Shown in pieces: positions 50,491-58,752 of a stretch of 64,000 nt of DNA. The notes beneath the pieces are model-generated. The model was given only the letters and a program-made list of their open reading frames with translations, was not told where the DNA came from and made no database searches. Position numbers and translations under genes: made by a program. Source of the stretch: Trueperaceae bacterium (lineage in GTDB: Bacteria > Deinococcota > Deinococci > Deinococcales > Trueperaceae); assembly GCA_965213925.1 (NCBI GenBank), contig OZ243927.1, forward strand, positions 2,752,001 through 2,816,000, written 5' to 3'. Positions within the stretch are counted from its first letter, which is position 1. Each line of letters begins with the position of its first letter.

Positions 50491-51774
50491 GTGAAATACG
50501 TGTATACCCTTCTACTCGCGCTTGTGGTCTCGGCGTGCTTCGCGCAGGACGACGGAGCCAACTTAGAGGGCGAGATCACCGTCATGGCGTGGGACGTCGC
50601 CGCGGAAGCCTTAAACGACCTCGTGCCCGGCTTCAACGAGCAGTACCCCAACGTCAACGTTACCGTTGAAAACTTGGGTAACGACCAGGTCTATGACCGA
50701 GGCTTAGCAAGCTGCGCGGCGGGTGGCGGCGACATGCCCGACGTTTACGCGATTGAAAACAACGAAGCTGAGGTCTTCTGGAACCGCTTCCCCGACTGCT
50801 TCACCGACCTCAGCACGATGGGCGCGTCGGAACTGCGCGACCAGTTCCCCGACTTCAAGTGGACCGAGCTGACCTTAAACGATCAGATTTTTGCGGTTCC
50901 CTGGGACTCCGGTCCCGTGGTGACCTTCTACCGCCGCGACCTCTACGAGCAGGCGGGCATCGACCCTAGCAGCATCGAAACCTGGGACGACTTTATCGCT
51001 GCCGGGCAGCAACTCGACGAAGCGACGGGCGCGAAGATGCTCTGGTTCGACTTTTCAGACGACGGCGTCTGGCGGCAGCTCGCCAACCAGAACGGCTGCT
51101 TCTACTTCGACAACGAAGCGACTCAGGTGACTGCGAACCAACCCGGCTGCGTGGACGCGATGGAGACGATGAAGCAGCTTTACGACGCAGAGGTCGTCTC
51201 TATCATAGACTGGAACGGCGCGATTCAAGCCATCAAAAATGACTCGCTAGCAGGCGCGGTCTTCGGCGCGTGGTACGTCGGCACGATTCAGACGAACGCG
51301 CCCGACCAGTCGGGCAGCTGGGGCGTTTATGAGATGCCCGCGAGTGAGCCAGGCGGCGTGCGGGCGGCGAACTTAGGCGGCTCTGCGCTGTCGATGCCTG
51401 CCTCGACGGAAAACCCTGAAGCGGCGATGGCCTTCATCGAGTACGCGCTCGCGACCACCAACGGTCAGGTGTCGATGCTGGAGGACTACGGCTTAGTCCC
51501 CTCCTACCTGCCTGCTTTGGACGCGCCCTACGTCGGTGAAGAGGTCGCGTACTGGGGCGGTCAGCCGATCTGGGAGGACATCTTGGCGACCTTAGGCGAG
51601 ATTCCGCAGGCACGCGGCACGCAGTACTTCCAGGAGGCGCGGCAGATCGTCACGAACGTCTTGTCGCAGTACCTAGCCGAAGACGGCTACGAAAACGCAC
51701 AAGCCGCGATGGACGACGCCGCGCAGCAGATTTCGGGCGCGGTTGGGTTGCCTGTTGCGGAGGGGTCGGAGTAA
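50491..51774 (+). CDS. Sugar ABC transporter substrate-binding protein
   Basis: GTG after AAGGAG; signal peptide; FNEQYPNV.V, PWD.GP...FYRRDL, TWDDF, GGS. Confidence 0.9.
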   Translation: MKYVYTLLLALVVSACFAQDDGANLEGEITVMAWDVAAEALNDLVPGFNEQYPNVNVTVENLGNDQVYDRGLASCAAGGGDMPDVYAIENNEAEVFWNRFPDCFTDLSTMGASELRDQFPDFKWTELTLNDQIFAVPWDSGPVVTFYRRDLYEQAGIDPSSIETWDDFIAAGQQLDEATGAKMLWFDFSDDGVWRQLANQNGCFYFDNEATQVTANQPGCVDAMETMKQLYDAEVVSIIDWNGAIQAIKNDSLAGAVFGAWYVGTIQTNAPDQSGSWGVYEMPASEPGGVRAANLGGSALSMPASTENPEAAMAFIEYALATTNGQVSMLEDYGLVPSYLPALDAPYVGEEVAYWGGQPIWEDILATLGEIPQARGTQYFQEARQIVTNVLSQYLAEDGYENAQAAMDDAAQQISGAVGLPVAEGSE

Positions 51775-51782
51775 CGACGTGA

Positions 51783-51814
51783 AGAGGGAAAGAGTGTGTC
51801 TCTTTCCCTCTTTT
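51783..51814 (+). terminator. Hairpin/terminator after the substrate-binding protein gene
   Basis: AAGAGGGAAAGAG-TGTGT-CTCTTTCCCTCTT followed by TT. Confidence 0.75.
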
Positions 51815-51955
51815 GGAGGCTCGAGTCTTAGAGGTGTTGAGGCTCGAGCTTTTCCTATTAAGCCGTTCACTTAGGTTGAACTGGAACTTCAAACGCACGC
51901 CTGAAAAATTGGTTTTTTCTAACCGCTAACTACGTTGTCAGTTGAAAGATGAGAC

Positions 51956-52087
51956 ATGTCATTCTGAACGGAACGAAGTGGAGCCCTTTACAGGATAGGC
52001 TTCGCCTGATGAAAGAATCTCGTCTTCCATTCCCGACTAGCCGAGATTGGGAGACGAGACCCTTACGCCTTCGGCTCAGGGTGACAT
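51956..52087. repeat. REP-like palindromic miniature element
   Basis: ATGTCATTCTGA...GAATCTCGTCTTCC...GGGAGACGAGAC...TCAGGGTGACAT nested inverted repeats. Confidence 0.65.
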
Positions 52088-52222
52088 CAGATATCAGTAA
52101 AAAGGTATCAATACTTAGTTTACGGTGTACCAATAGCCTGCGCCCTCCGAATTCGCACTCAACTCAAACCTCTCACTATCTTCTATACTTGCGCCAAATC
52201 CGCAGCGACCTCTGGAGTATCT

Positions 52223-53080
52223 ATGCAGCGAAGCAAACTCGTTCCCTATACCTTTTTGCTCCCCTATCTCCTCGTCTTTATCCTCTTCTGGGCCTGGCCG
52301 ATTCTCAACTCGTTCTACCTCTCCTTTTTAGATACGCGCAGCGTGCCGAGTACGTTGGAGCCCGGCGTCAACTGGGGACGGCTCCTCAGTGACCCCTTCT
52401 TCCATCAGGCGCTTTGGAACACGCTCATCATCTTGTTCGTTCAGGTTCCCGTCATGTTGGCGCTCGCCACCTCTCTCGCGGTGGCGCTCAACTCGCCCCT
52501 CTTAAAGCTGAGCGGCTTTTTCCGCTTCGCGTTCTTCGCGCCCGTTGTGGTCGGCGCGGTTGCGTATTCCGCCGTGTTTCGGCTCCTTTTCAACGACCAG
52601 AACGGCGCGGTCAACACGGCGCTCGGTGGGCTCGGGCTGCCGACTCCCGATTGGCTCAACACGCCCGGTCCCGCCTTTTTCCTCATCCTCTTGACGGTCA
52701 CGTGGCGCTGGACGGGTTACAACGCCATCATCATCTTGGCGGGCCTGCAAAACGTCCCGCTCGAGCTTTACGAAGCGGCGAAAATCGATGGCGCGAACGC
52801 CTGGCAGCAGTTCTGGGGCATCACCGTGCCGATTCTGCGCCCAATTCTACTCTTCGCCTTCGTCTTGTCGGTTATCGGCACGATGCAGCTTTTCACCGAG
52901 CCTTTCCTCATCACCGAGGGCGGGCCGGGCGACGCCACGCTGACGTTGGGCGTCTATCTCTACCAGCAGGGCTTTCGCTCCTTTAACTTCGGGTACGCCT
53001 CGGCTATCGGTTACACGATTGCGCTTTTAGCGGTGTTCTTCTCCGTCATTCAGCTCAGGCTGTTTGGGAGGGAATCGTGA
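52223..53080 (+). CDS. Sugar ABC transporter permease (MalF-like)
   Basis: WRWTGYN...LAGLQ.VP.ELYEAAKIDGA..WQQF..IT.P. Confidence 0.93.
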   Translation: MQRSKLVPYTFLLPYLLVFILFWAWPILNSFYLSFLDTRSVPSTLEPGVNWGRLLSDPFFHQALWNTLIILFVQVPVMLALATSLAVALNSPLLKLSGFFRFAFFAPVVVGAVAYSAVFRLLFNDQNGAVNTALGGLGLPTPDWLNTPGPAFFLILLTVTWRWTGYNAIIILAGLQNVPLELYEAAKIDGANAWQQFWGITVPILRPILLFAFVLSVIGTMQLFTEPFLITEGGPGDATLTLGVYLYQQGFRSFNFGYASAIGYTIALLAVFFSVIQLRLFGRES

Positions 53081-53907
53081 AGCGCACGCGCCTCATCAAC
53101 AGCATCTGGCTGCACCTCTTCATCGTGCCGTTAGCACTCCTCTGGCTGGCCCCGCTCTGGCTCATGTTCATCTTTTCGACTATCGAGGAGACGCGGATTT
53201 TCAGCACACCCGTGCCGCTCTTACCTGGCGGTAACTTTCTCGTCAACTTCCGAGACCTGCAAGCGGACACGAACTTCGTGCGGGCGCTCCTCAACAGCGT
53301 AGTGATTTCGGGGCTTTACACGCTCTTGTCGCTCCTTTTAACGAGCATGGGTGGTTACGCTTTCGCCCGCTTTCAATTCTTTGGACGTACCGCGATTTTC
53401 ACCATCGTCATCGCCACCTTGACGATTCCTTACTTCGTCGTGGTGATTCCGCAGTATATTTTGGTGGCTCGAGAATTCAGCCTCACCAACTCGTACGTCG
53501 GCGTCGTCTTGCCCCTTCTGGCAAACTCTTTAGGCATCTTTTTCATGCGGCAGAACTTCATGAGCCTGCCGCAAAGCCTTTTGGACGCGGCCAGGGTGGA
53601 CGGCGCGGGCGAATACCGCATCTTCTTTCAAATCGCGCTGCCCTTGGTACGTTCGGCGCTAGCAGCACTCGGCATCATCCTCTTTTTAACCGCCTGGAAC
53701 GATTATTTATGGCCGCTCCTTATCCTGACCGAGAAGGAGATGTACACCGCGCCCGTCGCGCTCGGCACGCTTTTAGGACTCACACGGGTCTCGTGGGGCG
53801 GCATCATGGTCGGGGCGGTCTTGATGACTGTGCCTTTTTTGATCCTCTTTCTCACCTTGCAGCGTTACTTCGTCGCGGGGATTACGGCGGGGGCGGTGAA
53901 GGATTAG
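53077..53907 (+). CDS. Sugar ABC transporter permease (MalG-like)
   Basis: GYAFARF.F, LLDAARVDGA, WNDYLWPL, LQRYFVAG. Confidence 0.93.
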   Translation: MKRTRLINSIWLHLFIVPLALLWLAPLWLMFIFSTIEETRIFSTPVPLLPGGNFLVNFRDLQADTNFVRALLNSVVISGLYTLLSLLLTSMGGYAFARFQFFGRTAIFTIVIATLTIPYFVVVIPQYILVAREFSLTNSYVGVVLPLLANSLGIFFMRQNFMSLPQSLLDAARVDGAGEYRIFFQIALPLVRSALAALGIILFLTAWNDYLWPLLILTEKEMYTAPVALGTLLGLTRVSWGGIMVGAVLMTVPFLILFLTLQRYFVAGITAGAVKD

Positions 53908-53923
53908 CAGTTAAACTGAAGGG

Positions 53924-54352
53924 ATGCAGTTACGCGAAGCGACAGCGGATGATTTAGACCTTCTGGCGAGGATGAACCACCAGCTCATTAAGGACGAAAA
54001 GAGCCCCAATCCGATGGGCGTAGAGCAGCTCCTTGAGCGGATGTGGGGGTGGCTCGAGATGGGCTATCACGCTGTCCTCTTCAAGCGCGCGGATGAGGTC
54101 ATCGGCTACGCGCTCTATAGGTTCGAAGATGAAACCCTTAGAGAACAGCGTGTCGTCTATCTGCGGCAATTTTTCATCGAACGAGCGTACAGAGGACAAG
54201 GTCTGGGGCGACAGGCTTTTCAGGAACTTCGGCGAGACTTTTTCGAAGAGGCGCAGGTGAGGCTCGAGGTCCTCACCGCCAACTCAAATGGCTCAGCCTT
54301 TTGGAAACGTTTAGGCTTCGAACCCTATGCGGTGACAATGGCGCTAAGGTAG
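53924..54352 (+). CDS. GNAT acetyltransferase
   Basis: FFIERAYRGQGLG, N......FWKRLGF. Confidence 0.88.
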   Translation: MQLREATADDLDLLARMNHQLIKDEKSPNPMGVEQLLERMWGWLEMGYHAVLFKRADEVIGYALYRFEDETLREQRVVYLRQFFIERAYRGQGLGRQAFQELRRDFFEEAQVRLEVLTANSNGSAFWKRLGFEPYAVTMALR

Positions 54353-54559
54353 CGTTGCTCCGCGCACTCGGTAAAGGCGGGGCGCAGCAACGCCGCCGCG
54401 TTGCTGGCAGCGACCTCACCTACCACGTCGGATAGGAGTGTCGATACGAAAAGGCCGTGCTAGACGTTATGTGTCCGAGATCAGCATGAGCGAACAGCAA
54501 AACAGGCATAGTAGAAACCAGATGACACTTTATACGAAACTCGAGGCTAGGGGGCTACA

Positions 54560-55405
54560 ATGTCTAGACGCTTAGGTCGAAAAGGGCGCGTACTCGCCGC
54601 GTTGTGGTTGGGCGTCGGGCTCTACGTTGTATTTGTCATGACAGGTGCGCGTATCAGCGAACAGAGCGATGTTGACGTTTTAGGCTTCTTGGCAGACGAT
54701 ACCTACCCAAGCGTGGAGGAGGTCGTCACCCAAAACCGGACGCAGCTCATGATGGTGAGCGCTACAACGCCCTCCAAACCTCTTTTACCCGACCTCGTCG
54801 CCCATCCGCCTAGCGACTTGGGTTTGGTTGGCTCGAGCGCAGAAGATACCTTGCGCCTCAAATTCACCACACGTTTTAGCAATCAGGGTGAGGGTCCTTT
54901 GGAGGTCCGCCCTGAAAGTGACGACAGCCCAACCCTTTTGCAAATCGTCTACAGCGCCGACCCCGACGCGCCCCTTGACAAACGCGCAGGCGTCGGACAC
55001 TACACCTTTGAGCAGCGGCACGGACACCTCCACATTGACAGCTTCGCTCACTACGAACTCTGGTCGGTAGATGAGCAGGGCGAGTTAGAAGAGGCGCTCG
55101 TTTCCAACCCCAAGGTGGGTTTTTGTCTCATCGACGCCGAAATCGCCGACCCTGAGATGACCTCCAAAGCGATGCAGGTCTACTGGGGCTGCCGCAGCGA
55201 GGTGCAGGGGCTTTCGCCCGGCTGGGGCGACGTGTACACCGCGCAACTCGCCATGCAGGATTTGAACGTCAGTGGGCTCCCCGACGGGCGCTACGCGCTG
55301 GTCAACGTCATCAACGTTCAAAAGAGCCTCTTAGAGAGCGACTACTCGAACAACCGGGCGTGGGTTTATCTGAGCATCGAGGACGGGAGGTTGCAGCTCG
55401 AGTAA
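54560..55405 (+). CDS. Lysyl oxidase-like copper protein, membrane anchored
   Basis: LLPDL, LKF.....N.G.GPL, HGHLH, FA.YEL, KVGFCLID, QGLSPGWGDVY, PDG.Y.L, ESDYSNN. Confidence 0.82.
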   Translation: MSRRLGRKGRVLAALWLGVGLYVVFVMTGARISEQSDVDVLGFLADDTYPSVEEVVTQNRTQLMMVSATTPSKPLLPDLVAHPPSDLGLVGSSAEDTLRLKFTTRFSNQGEGPLEVRPESDDSPTLLQIVYSADPDAPLDKRAGVGHYTFEQRHGHLHIDSFAHYELWSVDEQGELEEALVSNPKVGFCLIDAEIADPEMTSKAMQVYWGCRSEVQGLSPGWGDVYTAQLAMQDLNVSGLPDGRYALVNVINVQKSLLESDYSNNRAWVYLSIEDGRLQLE

Positions 55406-55407
55406 CC

Positions 55408-56433
55408 TCACCGCTTAGCGCCACAAGATTTGCGAATAACGAGTTCGGCGTTGCCGATATGAATATTTCGCTCGTCGGGCACGTCACCTCGGACGAGCTG
55501 AATCAAGACTTCACCCGCCCGCCGTCCTTGCTCTTTGGGATGGGTTCGTACGGTGGTGAGCGGCGGCGCGGCGTACGCCGCCGTCGGAATGTCGTCGTAG
55601 CCAACAATCGCGATGTCTTGAGGGATGTGCAAACCGCGCTCATGAATCGCCGCCATCGCCCCTAGCGCAACCGTGTCGTTACCGGCAAAAAGCGCCGTGA
55701 AAGGCGGCGCGTCATCTAGCAGCGACACCATCGCCTCATACCCGCTTTGAGCGCTCAGCCCGCCGTAGCGCACGAGCGCGTCGTCCACAGGCAAGTCAGC
55801 GTCTTCGAGCGTCTGCCGGTAAACATTCAACCTGTCGAGTGACCCGTGATACGAAGTAGGCGCGTAGGTGATGTGCGCGACGCGCTCATGACCCAAACCG
55901 ATGAGATGATCCACCGCATCTTTCATGCGCGAAGGCTGCGTAATTGTGTACGCCCCCGGATGCTCGACGTCGTCTACAAAAACCAGTGGAAAGCCAGAGC
56001 CGATGAGTTCGCTCTGCACGCTCACATCCTCTAAGCGCGGATTGAGTACGATCAAGCCGTCGATCTGTCTCGCAGCGATGAGCGAAAGATACGCATCACC
56101 ACTACTCGCCCGCATCCCTTCAACGATGACGCGAAACCCGCGCTCGTTGCACGCGGCAGTCAGCCCGTAAAGAAGCTGCGGGATAAAAGCGTCCACCTCT
56201 AAGTGATGAGGGTCGGGCAAAAGCAGCCCGAGCGTGCGCGTCAGCCCGCTTGCTAAGGTGCGGGCCGCCGAGTTGGGAACGTAGCCGAGTTCGCGGGCCG
56301 CCTTGATAACGCGCGCCCGCGTCTCCTTAGGAATCGTCTCGACCAAAGGCGCGTCGTTTAGGACAAATGAAACCGTCGTACGAGACACACCTGCGCGGGC
56401 GGCGACTTGTTGACTGGTGATGCGTTTTTTCAT
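55408..56433 (-). CDS. LacI-family transcriptional regulator
   Basis: T..QVA.RAGVS.TTVS.VLN, LGYVPN.AAR.L, NDTVALG, GYDD...PPLTTV. Confidence 0.95.
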   Translation of the reverse strand: MKKRITSQQVAARAGVSRTTVSFVLNDAPLVETIPKETRARVIKAARELGYVPNSAARTLASGLTRTLGLLLPDPHHLEVDAFIPQLLYGLTAACNERGFRVIVEGMRASSGDAYLSLIAARQIDGLIVLNPRLEDVSVQSELIGSGFPLVFVDDVEHPGAYTITQPSRMKDAVDHLIGLGHERVAHITYAPTSYHGSLDRLNVYRQTLEDADLPVDDALVRYGGLSAQSGYEAMVSLLDDAPPFTALFAGNDTVALGAMAAIHERGLHIPQDIAIVGYDDIPTAAYAAPPLTTVRTHPKEQGRRAGEVLIQLVRGDVPDERNIHIGNAELVIRKSCGAKR

Positions 56434-56476
56434 GGGGTGAGGTGAAGGTAATCAGTCATGAGGTAGGAAAGTCGAA

Positions 56477-56544
56477 AGCAATGAGCAACGAGCAATGAGT
56501 GAAAATCTTTAGGCTCATTGCTCGTTGCTCGTAACTCATTGCTG
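56477..56544. repeat. Heptamer palindromic intergenic repeat, family B, copy 2
   Basis: AGCAATGAGCAACGAGCAATGAGTGAAA...CTCATTGCTCGTTGCTC...ACTCATTGCTG. Confidence 0.78.
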
Positions 56545-56547
56545 CTC

Positions 56548-57912
56548 TTATGCTAACACACCCTCCTTCTCCCGCAGTCCCTCCGGTATATAGTCCCCGT
56601 GCGCTTCGATGAGGTCGTCCACCAAGTTCCAAATCTCATCCAAACTTAGTTCGGCGGAGGTGTGCGGGTCGAGCATCGCCGCGTGGTAGATGTGCTCGCG
56701 GTTGTTCGTCAAAACCGCTTCGACACTCAAGGCTTGCACGTTGATGTTAGTCTGCATCAGCGCGGCCAAGTGCGGTGGGAGTGCGCCGATTTTGGTCGGT
56801 TGGACGCCGTTTTTATCCACCACGCAAGGGACTTCGACAACGCAGCCATTCGGCAAGTTGTCGATGAGATTGTCGTTTTGCACGTTGCCGTAGACGACGC
56901 TGGGAGTGCCGGTTTCGAGCGAATGAATGATCGTCGAGCCGTACTCATGAGAGCGCTCGACTTTAAGCTCTGCATTCGGGTTCTCGAGCTTTTCTTTCAT
57001 CTCGTGCCAGCCCTCAATCTGCCGCTCACAGCGCGTGAGGTACTCGTCTAAAGGAATGTCATATTCCTCCAACAAATCCTCGCGCCCCTCCTTGATAAAC
57101 CAGGGCGTGTACTCGCTGAAGTGCTCGCTCGATTCGGTCACGAAGTAGCCTAAACGCTTGAACATCTCGTAACGCACCGCGTCGCTGAGCCCCCTCGTCC
57201 CGCCGTCCGTCCGGTCAGCGTGACCGCGCATCGGAACCTTGCCGCTTTGCGCGACCTCACGAATTTTCGGGTAGAGGTCTTCGCCGTTACGTTCAAACTT
57301 GAGGTAAAACGCCACGTGGTTGATGCCCGCGCAGAGGTAGTTGACCTCTCCAATCGGCACGCCGATGTCGCCCGCTAGCTGCTCCGCCGTCCCTTGCACG
57401 CTGTGACAGAGACCTATGGTGTTAATTGTCGAGGCGCGGTTCATCGCGAGGCAGTTCATGACCATCGGGTTGACGTAGTTGAGGTGCGTCACCTCGGGGC
57501 AGAGTTGTTCCATCTCTTGGGTCATCTCGAGAAACACCGGGATCGTGCGCACCGCCCGCATGATGCCGCCGATGCCCAATGTGTCCCCAATGGTTTGCCG
57601 CAGCCCGTACTTTTTGGGGATGTCGAAGTCAGTCACAGTCGCAGGTTTATAGCCGCCCACCTGAAACATACTGATGGCGTAGTCGGCGCTGTCTAACGCA
57701 CGCTGGCGGTCTAGCGTCGTCTCAATCTTAGGCTTGACGCCCAAAATATCCGCGATCTTGTGCGCGACGACTTCGGACGTTTTAAGCCTCTCTTCATTGA
57801 TGTCGAACAAAGTCAGGGTGGACTCGGCGAGTTCGGGGTAGGACAAGATATCGCCGATGAGGTTTTTGGCGAAGACGGTACTGCCTGCGCCGATCAGGGT
57901 AATTTTAGGCAT
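56548..57912 (-). CDS. melA: GH4 alpha-galactosidase (NAD+/Mn2+-dependent)
   Basis: KITLIGAGSTVF, QTIGDTLG.GGI.R..RTIP, LNYVNPM, GLCHSVQ, AGINH, VTESSEHF.EY.PWF. Confidence 0.93.
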   Translation of the reverse strand: MPKITLIGAGSTVFAKNLIGDILSYPELAESTLTLFDINEERLKTSEVVAHKIADILGVKPKIETTLDRQRALDSADYAISMFQVGGYKPATVTDFDIPKKYGLRQTIGDTLGIGGIMRAVRTIPVFLEMTQEMEQLCPEVTHLNYVNPMVMNCLAMNRASTINTIGLCHSVQGTAEQLAGDIGVPIGEVNYLCAGINHVAFYLKFERNGEDLYPKIREVAQSGKVPMRGHADRTDGGTRGLSDAVRYEMFKRLGYFVTESSEHFSEYTPWFIKEGREDLLEEYDIPLDEYLTRCERQIEGWHEMKEKLENPNAELKVERSHEYGSTIIHSLETGTPSVVYGNVQNDNLIDNLPNGCVVEVPCVVDKNGVQPTKIGALPPHLAALMQTNINVQALSVEAVLTNNREHIYHAAMLDPHTSAELSLDEIWNLVDDLIEAHGDYIPEGLREKEGVLA

Positions 57913-57933
57913 ATTGACTCCTTTGAAGAGTAG

Positions 57934-57947
57934 CTAACACGCGTTAT
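57934..57947. promoter_or_regulatory. Candidate LacI operator upstream of melA
   Basis: CTAACACGCGTTAT; 13 of 14 positions identical to the reverse complement of 63831-63844. Confidence 0.7.
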
Positions 57948-57963
57948 AAGCCGCGCTCGTCCA

Positions 57964-58752
57964 TTACTCAATCATATGAGGGGTGGAGGAGGGCGCTTCC
58001 GAACGACGTTGCGCTAAGAGCGTTGACAGTTGGGTGTTTGCCGCCAAGAGGAGCAGCGCAAATTCGCCCACGTTCCACCAGAAGTGAATAGCAACTCTGG
58101 ACGCCGTCGTCAGCCCCGCAATGCGTCCGCAAAGCGAACTATAGGCGAGCCAGCCGTTTTTGCCCAAAATACCGGGGAGCCCTTGCGCCGAATCGAACAG
58201 CGGCAGACCGAGCGCTCTTAGCTCTACAACGACTTGGATATAGCGAACGAGCAGATAGGTGTGCTCCAGGCTATGCGCCGTCGCCCAAACTATCAGCGCC
58301 CAGCCCCACACGCCGCGCATCCCGCGCATGAACAGAAATAAGCAGCAGCCCCACACGAGCCAGTTCCAAGTGAAGTGAATCCACTCGGCGTTCGCCGCGA
58401 CGATCAACCCGAGCGAGCGAGCCGAGGTCCAATCCAAGAGGTAGTACTGGACGACTTGGGCGGCGTGCTCGAGCATATGAAAGCTCTGCAAGAGGAGGAG
58501 TACGCTCAGCACTACCGCCGTAGGACCGAACGCCCTGGCGTCGTCGCGCCACTTGAGTACGGCGGGTACGGCGACGATGCCTAGTGCGATAAGCGTGGCG
58601 TTGGAAAGAGATACGTTCCAGCCGTTGACCAACACGCCCCACACTATCGTCGCCGCCGCGCCGCTTAGTACGCTCAGCATAAACCAGCGTCCGGGGTCGA
58701 GTAGCGTGAGGAGAGGAATGGACGGACGAGACCGCCTGACTTGCACGCTCAT
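57964..58752 (-). CDS. Hypothetical polytopic membrane protein with repeated HxxEH/HFxWN motifs
   Basis: About 6-7 TM segments; FHMLEH, EWIHFTWN, AHSLEH, IHFWWN; ATGA overlap with the upstream gene. Confidence 0.7.
   Translation of the reverse strand: MSVQVRRSRPSIPLLTLLDPGRWFMLSVLSGAAATIVWGVLVNGWNVSLSNATLIALGIVAVPAVLKWRDDARAFGPTAVVLSVLLLLQSFHMLEHAAQVVQYYLLDWTSARSLGLIVAANAEWIHFTWNWLVWGCCLFLFMRGMRGVWGWALIVWATAHSLEHTYLLVRYIQVVVELRALGLPLFDSAQGLPGILGKNGWLAYSSLCGRIAGLTTASRVAIHFWWNVGEFALLLLAANTQLSTLLAQRRSEAPSSTPHMIE

Noticed and set aside
51930..52392. ORFs 51949-52392 (+) and 51930-52133 (-)
   Set aside because: They run through a palindromic repeat element and show no protein-like features.
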